Shown here: positions 1 to 15,182 of the stretch, one piece after another | Layout: each line of letters opens with the position of its first letter | Position numbering within the stretch: the stretch's first letter is position 1 | Assembly (NCBI GenBank): GCA_951406725.2 | Contig: OX597832.1 | Coordinates: 39,060,001-39,124,000, forward strand | Origin: Octopus vulgaris | Lineage: Eukaryota | Length of the DNA stretch: 64,000 nucleotides | Direction of reading: 5' to 3' | Notes under the pieces: generated by a model | What the model was told of the DNA's origin: nothing | What the model saw: only the letters and a program-made list of their open reading frames with translations | Database searches by the model: none | Position numbers and translations under genes: made by a program

Positions 1-410
1 CTGAGTTGTAAGAAGCTTACTTCCCAACCACATGGTTCAGGGTTCAATCCCGCTGCATTGCATCTTACGAAAGTGTCTTCTACAATAGACTCTGGTTGAT
101 CAAAGACCCGTTAGTGGATTTGGTGGGCGGAAACTGAAAAGAATCCCGTTGTATATATGTGCATATATCTATGTGTATATGTCCTTGTGCTTGTGCATGT
201 CTCTCACTACCGTTGTACAAAAGAGACCGATACTTAGCGGTTCTGCAAAGAGAACCAAGAGAACTTAGCGGTTCTGCAAAAGAGACCGATAGAGTAAGTA
301 CCAAGCTTTAAAGAAAAAAGATAAGTACTAATGTCGATTCATTCGGCTAAAAATTCTTCAAGACGATGTTCCAGAATAGCCACAGTCTAATGACTGTGAA
401 AGTTAAAAGA
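1..410 (+). mobile_element. tRNA-derived SINE family A, degenerate copy
   Basis: B-box GGTTCAATCC, then the GGATTTGGT..CGGAAACTGAAA and ACTTAGCGGTTC..AAAGAGACCGATAGA blocks shared with 56098-56505. Carries a small internal duplication near 232-290. Confidence 0.8.
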
Positions 411-1889
411 TACCAATTTGAATATATCTTCACAAAAACCTAATATTCATTGTTTATTTTGAAGGCCTCTGCATGGCTTTCATCCTGTTTCAAATAAACC
501 GAATAATAATTTATATTCATTCTGATAATATCTAGTTTTTACCTTCTCATTTTCGTTTTCTGAAAAACAAAAACTGAATAGCCATGCGAAAAGTTGTTCG
601 CAACCTTCAACGTTTTGATTTCTGTTCGAATATTTCAACCATTTTTAGAACGCTAGTTGTTTTAAAAATCTGAGATTCCCAATCTTTATTATTATTTAGC
701 AGGTTGTTCAGTTGTTTGGCTTATTGCTGTCTTTTAATATTGAGACATGTGGTTTCAGGTAGAAGTGGAGAATTATGGCAGATTCCAGGAAATGAAGATT
801 CGTATGACCCAGAAAAGTATCTTGGCATCTTATAAGTATTGGATTATAAACAGCATTAAAAGCATTTAAGTTTAAAAAGTAATTATACAAATAAATCTGC
901 CATATGAGTACTTTAAAACCAAGAATATAACGAGAAAAAAAAAGCATATAGATGGGAAAAAACTAACTGTTACAAGTATTTAAGTAAAAGCAAAATATTT
1001 TTAAGAAAAAATGTTGAAGATACGATGTATGAGAGCTGAAATTGCGGTTTTATACACTTAATAGATTTATGAATTTATGGATCTATAAAGCCTTATAACC
1101 TCTTCAGCAACCAACTTTCATTTTCGCTACGCCACTTCATGTGATCTACACATGCGCGAGCATATATTCATACATATATAATTTTTATTAATATTTAGCA
1201 GAAGCAACAGAATGTTTCAAGGGCCAAGTGCTTCCTGTGTCAGCACTTATCAAACTAGTTACATGCGGAGGAGCTCTGCGTTTATATAGTCTCTACATAT
1301 GTATACATATGCAATAATGCGCATTATTATTTTTTTTGCATAATACAGGTAGGTCATATTTGTTGTCTTTTTATTTAATTCTTATATAGAGATAGATAGA
1401 TAGATATATTGATTGATATAGATATAGATATAGATATATAGATATATATATATGTACCATCGTCCATCTTTCTTTTCAAAAAGATATTTCTCCCAGCTTT
1501 CACCATTTTACTCTCGTTCTGGTCTAACAACTCCCTCCCTGTTTGTTTTCATTCGGTTTCCTTGTATGTCTCACCTGTCATGTTTTAGTTACCAACCTTG
1601 ACCCTATATAAATCCTAAATTTTATTTTGGAACGTATGGGAGCAACTGTCTTTGAAGTCTCATATTGTCGTTGAATGCTCGAAATGACGAACAGACAGCC
1701 AACAACTGATGAAGGATCCTTTCTCTGTGCTTCCTTGTCCTGTTTTTCATTTTTTTCTCGTTGTTTGTGTATTTATCTCGTTTGTTTACGCATTTCATAT
1801 TATTTGCACTGTTGATGACGTCCTGTACCCATATATGCATGCATACATATAGTATATATTATTTAATATATATATATATATATATAAAA

Positions 1890-2090
1890 CCTTGTGAGTA
1901 CCGCTGCCGATTTTTTTCCTCTGTCCCCCCTTCTCGGGATCTTTCCTTCTCCTATGTTTCCGACGAAGAGCTCCGCTCGAAACGTTATACCCTCCTTCTT
2001 TCCTGAGCGTCCAATAATACTATATTTGTTCCACGTCCTCGCGTTGCTGTGTTTTTTTGTTTTTTTGTGTTTTCTTGTTTGGATTAACTA
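1890..2090 (+). mobile_element. Penelope-like pLTR fragment with a minimal hammerhead-like motif (1956-1990), between (TA)n tracts
   Basis: GTTT CCGACGA A GAGC TCC GCTC GAAA CGTT ATAC. The same tail recurs at 29410-29505 and 31230-31325 on the minus strand. Confidence 0.65.
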
Positions 2091-2094
2091 TATA

Positions 2095-2152
<58 letters not shown>

Positions 2153-2168
2153 TATAGATATATATATA

Positions 2169-2203
<35 letters not shown>

Positions 2204-3675
2204 TATTTAATATATATGTATATATATATAGTAATTTCTAAATTTCTCTTACCAAAGTATTTTGGTTAGCATTTACTCTTTGAAATGAATCGCCACGTTG
2301 TTTACTTAGATCATGCATCAACCTACGTAACATATATCTTATGTTCTACGACGCTACGTTAATAAGATTATTAATTATTGCTATTGGGAAATGAAAACAG
2401 AAATATGCAATAACTAACTTTCAAAGATATATTTAATCGTCTTCGTTACGAGATTTACCAAATTTATGCTTTACTTTCTCATTAATGATGATTTGTCTTC
2501 TTAATCTCGTATTTATGTCCCTAAATAATAAACGAAAAAAATCTTAACCCTACTACGGTGACCATTTTGACAAAAAAACATAAATATCAAAACTCCATTT
2601 TTTTACAATCACGGACATTGATTTTGGTCTTCTCAAATCTTTTTTTTTCTGCTGGGTGGAGGTTGTGAGCTTGGATGACGCTCTTATTTTATAAATATTA
2701 TTCATTTTATCATTTGTTGACATCTTTGCTCATTCACCACTCCTCAGGCGATACAAGATCAGTCACATACGAGTAACAAATGCTATTATCGTAATATCGA
2801 TAGAGAAAGCGGAGAGAGGACAGAGCAAGCCTGGGCGTTAAAGGCTGAAACATGTGATTTCATGTTACTTAGTTAAGTAACCCTCCTCTGGAAGTGGCTC
2901 AGAGTGTTCATGACTCGACGGAAAGACGCTCGAAGAACAGGAAATTTGGTTGGTTGACAAAAGAACAAAGATCTGAGTGAAAATTAAGTACAAAAACTAT
3001 TCCTTAATAAATGATATAACAAAATATCGTCGTAGTGACACCGATAGAAAAAGATATTTACATTAAGTGAATAAATTTATGTGTCTCCCTGCGATTGCGA
3101 TGTGAATAATGATATTGCTCTGTAGTAGACGTCGAATTCTGTAGCCGAAGGACTGCCGTAAATTCCAGCAGTAAGTTGGCTTTAGCTATGCTACGACCGC
3201 TGATTAATTAACGCACAACACACCAGTTTATACAAAAAAAGAATGGTCATCAAAGAACATGCGCCAAAGACAAAATCGTTAATAACATTCCAATACATTG
3301 TTTATCCAAAACTGATTAGAATGTTTACAACAAACTGGATTCTAGCGACGTAAGCATGTACTGCGTCTGCTCTTATCAGCAGCTGGTTCGCCAGCTACTG
3401 ATAAAGATAATTTCTTAATGTGTTTACAGGAGACCTGCGTGGTTAGTTACATTCTGAGGTCATCAATTCCAGACAAAATCCTGTTTGGTGTTTACAGTAG
3501 CTAATCTGTCCGAAAATAGTGATTTGGGAACAATTCTTAAGCAATGAATTGGTGTATGTGGTGCATGGATGTACACACACATACATACATGCACACGCAT
3601 ATACAGACACATATACACATGTATATATGGTATATATATATACATATATAAATACATACTTATATATATATTTTC

Positions 3676-3709
<34 letters not shown>

Positions 3710-4586
3710 ATATAAGAAAAATAACAGAGATTAATCAATTAATAATTTTATTAATTAATTACAAAAATAGACATAGTCCCTGATAGCTGTTTCGATTCAG
3801 ACTTTAAAGTTTTTTAATTAAAATAATTAAGTCACTATAAAGCTTAATCTCGTCGGAGGTAGAAAAGAGACGTACCCTTACATAGTTATGTTTTTATGTG
3901 TTACGTGTACTGAACATTTCAGCTGAGTATTGTTTTATAGATAAATTTGGTAAAGACCTTATAAAGGGAGGAAATATAGTGTATTTAGAATAAATATGCA
4001 ATATAATATATAATATACTTTGGGTAATCATAAAAAGTATAGCGATAAACAATATATAGTAATTAACCGTGTATTATATTAATATTGGTGTATTATATTA
4101 ATATTGGTGTAAGTATGTTTATAAAAATTTAAGCAATAAGAGTGTATAATTGATAAGTGAAAATAAGAAATGGGTAGTGTTATAGACAAATTTATATATA
4201 TTTGAGTGCATATCAAATATAAATACCTTCAAATATTTATACATATAGAAATACATAAAAATATATAAAAATAAGAATAAATGGGCACTTAAATTCTCTC
4301 ATCTTGCACATATACCTACATATATTTACGCGCTCATACATAATAAATACATGTAAATATCTGTATAAAAATAACAGGCAAAAACAGAAATTGTATAAAT
4401 ATATATTTGTGCAAGAAATACGTTACTACTTAGATTCATACACAAAAATTTACTTATGTTTAAATAGAAATCAATAAATATAAAAGTACAAATACAATAG
4501 TGAATAAATAAATAAAAATGTACTTATTATATGTACTTACATCACCCCTAAGTCTATTATATATTAAGCAAATAAGTTAAAGGGAG

Positions 4587-4813
4587 TCTTTTACTCTTTT
4601 ACTCTTTTACTTGTTTCAGTCATTTAACTGCGGCCATGCTGGAGCACCGCCTTTAATCGAGCAACTCGACCCTGGGACTTATTCTTTTGTAAGCCCAGTA
4701 CTTATTCTATCGGTCTCTTTTGCCGAACCGCTGAGTAACGGGGACATAAACACACCAGCATCGGTTGTCAAGCAATGCTAGGGGGGACAAATACAGACAC
4801 ACAAACACACACA

Positions 4814-4857
<44 letters not shown>

Positions 4858-5010
4858 CACGACGGGCTTCTTTCAGATTCCGTCTACCAAGGCTTTGGTC
4901 GGCCCGAGGCTATAGTAGAAGACACTTGCCCAAGGTGTCACGCAGTGGGACTGAACTCGGAACCATGTGGTTGGTAAGCAAGCTACTTACCACACAGCCA
5001 CTCCTGCGCC
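4587..5010 (-). mobile_element. SINE family A, near full length
   Basis: Head GGCGCAGGAGTGGCTGTGTGGTAAG..GAGTTCAGTCCC, CORE-like CCTTGGGCAAGTGTCTT, internal (TA/TG)n, tail (GTAAAAGA)n. Confidence 0.9.
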
Positions 5011-5446
5011 TATGGTCACATTTTAAAAAATAAGTAGCATTTCATTAATTTGTGGATTATTAACGGTAATGTAAAATGTAATAAATAGATGAGTAAAGAA
5101 AGAAATAAAATTGAAAAACGGAGTTCCTATGTTATGCATATAAAAGAGTAAGGGAAAAGTTCTTATATCAAAGAAAAATATTTTATTGTTTTTTTATAAA
5201 TTTCAGGGATAAAATGCTTATGAGTGCAATGTAAAATATGATGAATTAAGAAAGAAACAATACAAGAACAGAGTTAATATATTAAGTCTATAAAATAAGA
5301 GAGCAAGGAAAAATCTCGTATGTCAAAGAAAATTTTTTTTATAGTTTTTTTAGTTTAGGGGATAACATTCTTGTGTGTGTAAAGATATAGTGTCAAGGGG
5401 AGGTAAATAAGGATAGTTCATTTATCTTGGGAATAATAGAAAATAT

Positions 5447-5655
5447 TTTGTGTCTACTCTAGGCACAAGGGCCGAAATTTGGGGAGAGTGGGGCCTGTCG
5501 ATTAGATCGACCCCAGTACGCAACTAGTACTTAATGATGAAATGATGAGAGGTAAAGTCGACTTGGGCGGAATTTGAACTCAAAACGTAAAGACAGACGA
5601 AATACCGCTAAGCATTGTCATCCGGCGTGCTAACGTTTCTGCCAGCTCTCCGACT
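5447..5655 (-). mobile_element. SINE family B, short-tail variant
   Basis: Reverse complement of the GAGCTGGCAGAAACGTTAGCACG..GAGTTCAAATTCCGCC..GGGGTCGAT..CCTTGTGCCTA consensus seen at 14989 and 41042. Confidence 0.8.
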
Positions 5656-6204
5656 TATTAACAGAAAATTAATGAAAATTTATTATGGATAAAATTACAT
5701 ATGTTTTTTTTTTATGTAAAGATTTCAAAAATAAATATATCTATATATACTAGTTTAATAAATAAATTTAAAAATAACTTGGTAAATAATAGTAAGGTAA
5801 TGTAATACATTGGGGGAAAAGAATGTTAATATTAATAGTAAATCTAGGTGAGAGGAAAATTTGCAAATTAGTATGAATTAGATTAATAATAAGTAATGGG
5901 GGAATATAAATTAATAATATATTATATTAATAATTACCACTATTAGGGAATTGGGTAAAAAGGTTTGAATATACGTGTATCAATATAAACAAAGTAACAT
6001 TTGTTTTCATAAGCATCGAAATGTTTATTGAATGATACAAATTAGATGATATTTTTTTCGAACACAGAATTACCGTTAGAACAGCAGAAAAGTGGCAGGG
6101 TGTTGACAAATTTTTCCGTTTTGTACGGGTAATTTACCCCGTTTTCCGGTTGTTCCAACGCCAATTCTGCGTTCGAAAAGATGTTTTCTAATTTGTATCG
6201 TTCA

Positions 6205-6328
<124 letters not shown>

Positions 6329-6639
6329 TTTATCATATTATCATAGTGACATTCTGTGCGTTCCAATTGATCCGATCCCAGGAACAGAATGCTATTTAAT
6401 TTAACACAGACACGCGTTTCCTTAACGTACTTCTAAGTGAGATCCAGTGCGACACGGAATGTAACAAGGCCAGTCGTTTGAAATAGAGGTACAGCTCATT
6501 TCTGCTTTGTGAGTGGACTGGAGCAACGGGAAAAAGGGTGTCTTGCTCAAGGGCACACACGCACGGACACACACACACGGACACACACACACACGCACAA
6601 ACACACAGATAGATCAACAGATAGATAGAGAGTGAAAGA

Positions 6640-7260
<621 letters not shown>

Positions 7261-7842
7261 TGGAGGGAGAGATGCACGTATGCATATGGCAATTTCTCTC
7301 TTGTATTTGATTATTTGTGAATATTCACAAGGCGAAACTTCATTCAATAATCAAAATGTTCTCTTACAATAAATATATTATTGTAAGCCGTTGCTAAGTC
7401 CTGACTTTGTATAGAGATCTTTCTTTACGTTCATGTTCTTTTTGATGGAAGCAACAATCATTTTTACACACACACATACAGAAACACACTCAAGAGTCAC
7501 GTACACTACACACACACACTCGCAAGCGCTCGCCACACAAGAGTCGACGCTCGCATATACAGATACATGTTCATAGTGAGTGTTATAGTCTTTAAGTTTT
7601 AATCAAAAATATATTTTAGCAGAAGTCTAATAAGATGTATGACCTGTCATGCTAGCTATTGCAATATTTTATGCATACGCACACTCACGCATACATACAC
7701 ACATCAACATACATGTGTTACGTGTACATACATGCACATATATATATGTATATACATACATACATAAATATCTTTATGTATGTATATATACATGTATATA
7801 TATACATACATATACATATATTTATGTCTATATATATATATT

Positions 7843-7881
<39 letters not shown>

Positions 7882-8012
7882 AACACATACATACATACAT
7901 ATATATGCATGTATATTCATATACACATATATACATGTACATATCTATATATATATGTATATATGTATATACATATATATATATTTATGTATGTATATGT
8001 ATGTATGTATAC

Positions 8013-8058
<46 letters not shown>

Positions 8059-10119
8059 TACGAGAAAGAGAAAGAGCGATGCATATACATGGGCAAAAAA
8101 ACATACACACAAACACAAACATATTCTCACGTACACATAGCTAAGAAAATACTACATAAGTACGTACAGTGGCGTGTATAAGATCTAAAAATTAAACTAA
8201 TTTCTTTTTTATTTTACTATATAAGTATTTAGTAATGAATCGCTTGTCATATTTACTAAATTATATATTACTTACGTGAAAAATAAAACTGTATTAATTC
8301 TCATAATAGAATATTACTATAATGTCCACTAACTGTCATTTATATCCCATATATCTTATATGTTCAGTTTATATTTCTGCTCATATTCACTACTTATAAT
8401 GTCAGTTTGATTGACGTCCGTTTTGGTGGTTCTTAGCACGAGGAACGTTTTAAAAAGAAAATGCCTCAGACGATATAGCTATAGGACCTCAGACGATATA
8501 GCTATATAGATATACAACCGTCTGAATGGGTGTGGTTGGAACAGTATTGCTCATAATTTTGCTCCGATCAGATTACCCATAGTGCAATAATAACAATGTG
8601 TTTCACCGGGATGGTAAATGGTGTCTCTGTGCAGCTTTGATATAGATTTATTATTTTTCAGTGTTTTCTATTTGTTTGCATTTTCTATCTTGTAGATAAA
8701 TAAATAAGTAAATTGTATCATTGCAGACCATTCTCACTTCCTCGGTGTTTTTATTACAATTCTCTTTATATGAGTCTATACTTCACTTTCTCACACTTTG
8801 TGTCCCTGCTCCTCAATAAGAATGTATGTAGTTCCAACACCAATCTGATCATTCTTTTGCATTCCTTCACTCTCAAATTATTTTCTTCTACTTTATTGTA
8901 TGTAATTTATATATGCACCGTGATTAAATAACTTTGAGCTAAATCAATTAACCTGTTGAGAGTCGGATAAAGAGAAATTGAACCACATAAAACCATCCGG
9001 TACTAAGCTATGGAGTTCTTACATTCTCTCGATTTCCTGGAATTCAGATCGCAGCATCGGCATAGAATTATTTTTTCTTTTGCCTTGATTTATAAGTTGT
9101 TTATAATTTTCACCTTAAAAGGTATTTTTTAATATGCTGGCCACTGATAAAATTTTTTGAAAAATTTCGTTTAGCTGTCGCCTAACTTTTTTCCTTGTTG
9201 TATTCTTTCTGTTCAACCCTTAATGCATCCATGTAGCGTAATGTATATTGTTTCTTTGCTTTATTGTACAAAAAATATTCCTTGAATATTCTTGTTCCAC
9301 TCTTAACCCTATCTCCGCTCTTACTCTGTATTTTTCTTCACTCTCTCTCTGTCTGTCTCCCTTTCTTTTTCGTTCTCTTTCTCTCCCATCTTTTCCGTCT
9401 TACTCTATCTTTTTCCTCCCCTAATCTTTCTCTTTCTCCATTCATACCCTCTCTTTCCACCCTCACTTGCCTGACTTGAACCTCTCCCCTCACTTTCTTA
9501 CTCTGCCCCTTCGTTCTCTCTTTCTGTCATTTCCCCTCTCTTTCTACTTCTACTCCTTCGTTCTCTCTCTATACCACGTACCCGGTGCCCGGTAAAAGCG
9601 GTGTCGTTCTTTTTCGCCCAACCTTTGACCAGACTGGTCATTTTGGCTTCGGCTTCTTCTACGTCCGTTCCCTCCTGTAGGACTTACTCTATTTCTACTT
9701 TGCGCCACCCCACTCAATTCGTTCGACAGCTACAAAGCTCTTTCTGTGGTATTTGTGGTATGTGCATAACTGCTATTATTTTTCTTCGTTTGTGTATAGC
9801 CGTAAGGCTTCTTATTATATATTCATAATTCGTTGTCTCTCGTATTTATATAATGTCTTGTTTGTTTCTGTTTTAACACACATTCGCAAGCTTTTTTCCC
9901 AGTAGCTTAATAAAAGCACTGGCGCCTGCAAAATTGAGCAATATCAAAGATTATTGGCGTGAAACTGCTTTGATATTTTGCATCTTTGACTGAAGACGAA
10001 AACTCAGCTGCGAATATCTCGTGTATCGTGTCGTTGTCTAATTTCCCGTCCGTTCAGTTTTCGTCTACTCTGCTTTCGTCTAACTTTTCTCCCTGTCGTA
10101 TTCTTTCTTTTCACTCTTG

Positions 10120-10200
<81 letters not shown>

Positions 10201-10967
10201 AGCGTGTGTGTATTATTAATATAAATAATTATATATTTCTCTATTCGAGTTATCATTTCCGTTGTTACATAAACGTAACACACGGTCGAAACAGGTAAGA
10301 AATCTGAAATATAGATTGTATGGTATGGTGTAGTCAAATTTCCCTCATATACCTAAAATACGTTATGATAACCCATTAAAGCACACTTTTGGCAATATTA
10401 CCGTGCAAGCACGTCAATTTTTATAAAACTTTTCTCCTGTTGAATGTCTAGTTGTTGTCTAATATTCAAATTATTTAAAAGGTCAAACTACAATGTGACA
10501 GCCTTTGTCTATAGCGCCAAACTCTATAGAGACACACACACACACACAAATACACACACACGCACACATATATACACAAGCGTACATACACACAAACGCA
10601 CAGGTAGAAATACTCACAGACAGACAGACTCATCTATAGGCATAAAAATATATTTAATGGTCATTTGAATTTTCTATTTCATTACTGCGAACGGGAAATA
10701 AACGAAACGAGAGTCAATTATCAATTTATTCATTTATAATGATTATATTCTGCTATGCCTTAACTTCATACGGAGCTCTTTGTTTAAATTGAAGCTGTTT
10801 TATTGCAATGAACAATGAAATCATGCTATCCGTCTCACACACAAACACACACACAATCACACTGTATATATGCATGTATATATAAATATATATACATATA
10901 CATATATATATATATATACATACATACATATATATATGTGTATGTATATATATATATATATATATAT

Positions 10968-10998
<31 letters not shown>

Positions 10999-11016
10999 AT
11001 ATATATATATATACAT

Positions 11017-11093
<77 letters not shown>

Positions 11094-11282
11094 CATGTAT
11101 ACATATATATATATATATTTAGCGAACGTTATCGCTTCTTTATTCATCAATCAAACAATATATTATTCACAAGTCTAATAAAAGCGTATGACCTGTCATG
11201 ACAGCTTTCACAAACGTTCTCGCGTAGACGTACACAGACATACATACACGTATATATTTACATATATCCATACATATATATA

Positions 11283-11314
<32 letters not shown>

Positions 11315-14251
11315 CATATATACATTATATATATGTGGAATACACACACACACACACACACGTATATATATTATTATATTATATGCACACTCACACACAC
11401 ATTCACAATGAAGAACTTGATACGCAAGTTCGGATAGCGTTCTGTATAATTATTAAATAATAAAGGCGGTTTTCATATACAATATTAGTATTTAGCTTGT
11501 CAATAATAATTTATTATTTAATTGAAAAATAATCTATTATTTCTGAGAATACAATATTACTGTAATATTCCATGATTGATATTTATATCGCATACATACA
11601 ATAACCCAGTATATATTTTGTTCACACTTTCACTACTTAACACCAGTTCTATAAATGCCTCTTTTACTGGTTATTGTCAAGAAGAACGGGTCATCTTAAA
11701 ACGAAGTGGTTCAGGCGATGTAGACATTGGTAACCAAACAGATGAACTGTTGAGGCTGGAACGATATTGTTCATAGATTTGCTCGGTTAGTTAGCCATAA
11801 CAACGTGTCACGTGGTGTTGGTAATCTATGAGATCACAAAGCCTCGACGTTGTTGGTTCTTTATATCTTTTCACAACAATTACCTACCTCGACACGAATA
11901 AGACGGCTGTACGCTTAAGTGTCTCAGTCAATCAGTCCAACTGTTAGAGGTTGTTGCTTAGTATGCTTGTAGAAAGTCTTACTATCAGAGCTGGTTTGCC
12001 ATATTTTATAGTAATACAATAGCACTTCCTAACCTACTTCCATTCTTCAAAAGGTTAACAGAACTAGAAAGGAGTAAAATGCTGAGGAGAAAGACAAGAA
12101 GCCGTGGAAAAGATAGAGAGCTGAGTGAGACAGCGAGAGAGAGAGAGAGAGAGAGATACAGTGAGAGAGAAAGAGAGACTGACAAGCAGTCAGACTGACA
12201 AACAGTCAGACTGACAGACAGACATGTGGAGTATATGTACAAAGACTTATTTGCTGGAGGTTACCAGCCTAGTTATACAGTAGCAAAATAATATTCTTGA
12301 GAGATTATGTCCGCTTGTTACTTGCTTTCTTTTTGCCATAAAGTGGAAAATTATTGGATAACAACTTTCAAGCTAAAGAAGATTAGAAATGTATACAACA
12401 AGGACATTACCGTTCAGAGATATTGTTTCCTAAGATTGCATAAATCAGTATTATCTTTGTGAACGCTTATACCATCAAAAGTATCAAATGTTTCAAGCAA
12501 AATACAACTTCAAAAGAAATAACATACTTCATGTTTCTCTAGAAACTTTCAACCATTTCACAGTTTTCAAAATAACCATGGACTTTCCACATACACTGAT
12601 TGTCCTATTTATCGCCACTAGCTTTCTAGCCAACTGACCAGCTTTTAGTGTTGATGCGTTTGAAAATGTCACACACGCTCACCGAAAAATATACCTTGTG
12701 TTTTACCTTATTGGAAGGGATGTCTGGAGGAATTGATTGTTAGACTTACTGAATGAATGTATAGGAAACGACGTTTTTCAGCGACAGATCTACATGATTA
12801 ATAATCGAACTTCTTAAACAGACGACCATATCCAAATGCGGCTGTATAAGAGCTCTGCGCAGCAATGCTACTTGCATGCTGACAAGATGTTCGAAATTGT
12901 TCACATAAAGTTTCTTTTGTTAATTTTGTTAACTTTGCAAGTAACGAGGAAATCATTAAAGCAGAAAGTAGATCATAATTCTTCACTATTGTAAATGTAT
13001 TTTGAGAAAACCATTTGATAGTGTTAATGTATGAATGCCGTGAGGAAAAGAAATAGATTTAATGCTGTAAACTGACTCCTGAATTACTAAATTGAAAAGC
13101 TGAATAGTTTCAACGAACAAATAAGTAAAAATATAAATTACTCAGCAAACAAATAATTATATCCTGGAAAACTTCCACAGAATCACATGTTTCTTAACGA
13201 AATGTCGACACCGCTTAACCACCAAGGACTATGAAACACTGCAGTACACAGACATCGAAGTGAGAAATTATATAATAATGAGCAAAAAGGGTCAGGTAAA
13301 ATGTGATATTTCCTGACACTCGCTTGAAACAACGGTTACTGCGAAAACAGTCATAATTGGTTTCGCACAGAAACTCGAAACCTAATAAAAATTTTAGTGG
13401 AGAATTCTTTAGTCGACATCCTTTCCTTCCAAAAGACAATAAATATTTCTATCATAGACGCAAATTATTTATAACACGAGAGGAATATTTATTGTCATTT
13501 GGAAGTTAAGGATATAAAACAAAGAGTTTTCCCACAAACATTCAGCAGGATTCATGCTTAAATGAAAACCAATTATGGCAGTTTTTACAGCAAGCATCGA
13601 TTCAGTGAGTGCCATAAAACACATTATGTCTAACCCATTTTCCCTCCAATCTTGTAAGTAACTTCACACTCCAATGTCTCTGGATTCCAGCGTTGTTCTG
13701 ACTGTGCCGAAAGACGACTTGTTCGAAAATTTTAAAGGAGAATATTTAAAGCAGATTACATACAGTATTTCGGATAGTTATAAGAAAGAAACGGAGAGTG
13801 ACTTCGAAATAGAAATGATGAAAAACAAACGCTCTCCTCTTCTTTCACCATTTCTGTTTTCTCACCAGATGAGAGCAGCAAACAGATCATAAGATCTGGT
13901 CTCCCCACATCTGAGTAAATTGTAGAAGTATTGTGAAAGGCAACACGTCACCAGATCAAGTGACCACTCGTTCTCTAGTGTTTGACATACATAAACAAAC
14001 CAGACAGAGGTTGAAAATGGAGTTAGTAAATTGAGTCGATTGTAGTAAGGACGCAAGAGAGCCGAATGTTTAAAAAGCTTGTTTCGCAATAAAAAGCTAC
14101 CAGTTCGATCCTGCTACAATGCAACTTGGGAAATCATCATCTAGAACTGCTTCAGGTTCATCCAACCCTTGGAAGCGAAACTGGATACATTGAAACTTTG
14201 CAGAAACCTGTCGGAATTATTGTACCCCTAATCTAAAGATGCAGCTTTTGT

Positions 14252-14480
14252 TTGGTTACTACCCACAAGGGGCTAAACATAGAGGGGACAAACAAGGATA
14301 GACAAACGGATTAAGTCGATTACATCGACCCCAGTGCGTAACTGGTACTTATTTAATCGACCCCGAAAGGATGAAGGGCAAAGTCGACCTTGGCGGAATT
14401 TGAACTCAGAACGTAACGAGAGACGAAATACGGCTACGCATTTGGCCCGGCGTGCTAACGGTTCTGCCAGCTCACCGCCT
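14252..14480 (-). mobile_element. SINE family B, long (Tx1-like) tail, with target-site duplication; nested in an older SINE (~14090-14620, +)
   Basis: TSD tctaaagatgcagcttttgt (14232-14251) / tctaaagatgcaactttgt (14481-14499). The flanks join into a degenerate SINE with an A-like head and a C-like tail. Confidence 0.85.
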
Positions 14481-14988
14481 TCTAAAGATGCAACTTTGTC
14501 ACACACGTTATCAGTCAGATTAAATTAATTATACACGTGTTTGTGGAATTCTTTGTCATTTACTCGCTATTTCATTAAGCAGGTAATTCAGCGGATGGAA
14601 CAGCTGAATTTTCATGGTCGAAACCAATGAAAAAAAATCCATTTCGTTTACTTTTACTTCATTTACAGAACTAGGGCAGTATAGCATTGTGTTTAAATAA
14701 TTGTATAACGAAACAAGCCAATTGGCTCACCATGCTCCGCTGGGGGAAAATTTACACAATTGATTTGCTTATGCAATACGTTGCATGAACACTACTAATG
14801 AAAACTAATGAGTGAAATTTATTAATCCTCTTAAGTATAAATTATGAAATTTTAAATTCTGTCTTTAATTATTTCGCAAACATGCCATTTTAATCATAAA
14901 ATGTGTAACCATGAAACTAACCCTAACTCCCTAAAATTTCTAATCTTGTGCCAAACATTATAGCGGTTAATATTACTATAAATTTCAA

Positions 14989-15182
14989 AGCGGCGAACTG
15001 GCAGAGTCGTTAGCAGTATTTCGCCCGACGCTACGTCCTGAGTTCAAATTCCGCCTGGGTTCGACGTTGTCTTCCATCTTTCGGGGTTGCGAAATTAAGT
15101 ACCAGTTGAGTACTAGGGGTCGATGTAATCGACTTAACCCCCACTCCCACTAGATTTCAGGCCTTGTGCCTATAGTATAAAG
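14989..15182 (+). mobile_element. SINE family B, short-tail variant
   Basis: GCGGCGAACTGGCAGAGTCGTTAGCA..GAGTTCAAATTCCGCC..AAGTACCAG..GGGGTCGATGTAATCGAC..GGCCTTGTGCCTA. Confidence 0.85.

Larger units (their letters stand above)
3735..6200 (-). mobile_element. Decayed AT-rich Penelope-like element with a 3' hammerhead relic (3779-3859), interrupted by two SINEs
   Basis: The minus strand reads CCT CCGACGA GATT[long hairpin]AATC GAAAC AGCT ATC AGG. Bounded by (TA)n on both sides. No recognisable ORF remains, so the extent is uncertain. Confidence 0.4.

Noticed and set aside
9905-9975. Hammerhead at AAAGCA CTG GCGCC..GGCGT GAAAC TGCTTT (and a similar one at ~1645-1700)
   Set aside because: The stems fit but core nucleotides are missing; at best PLE relics, too degenerate to call.
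14917-14934. CTAACCCTAA telomere-like motif
   Set aside because: Fewer than three imperfect units; expected by chance or as a TE remnant.
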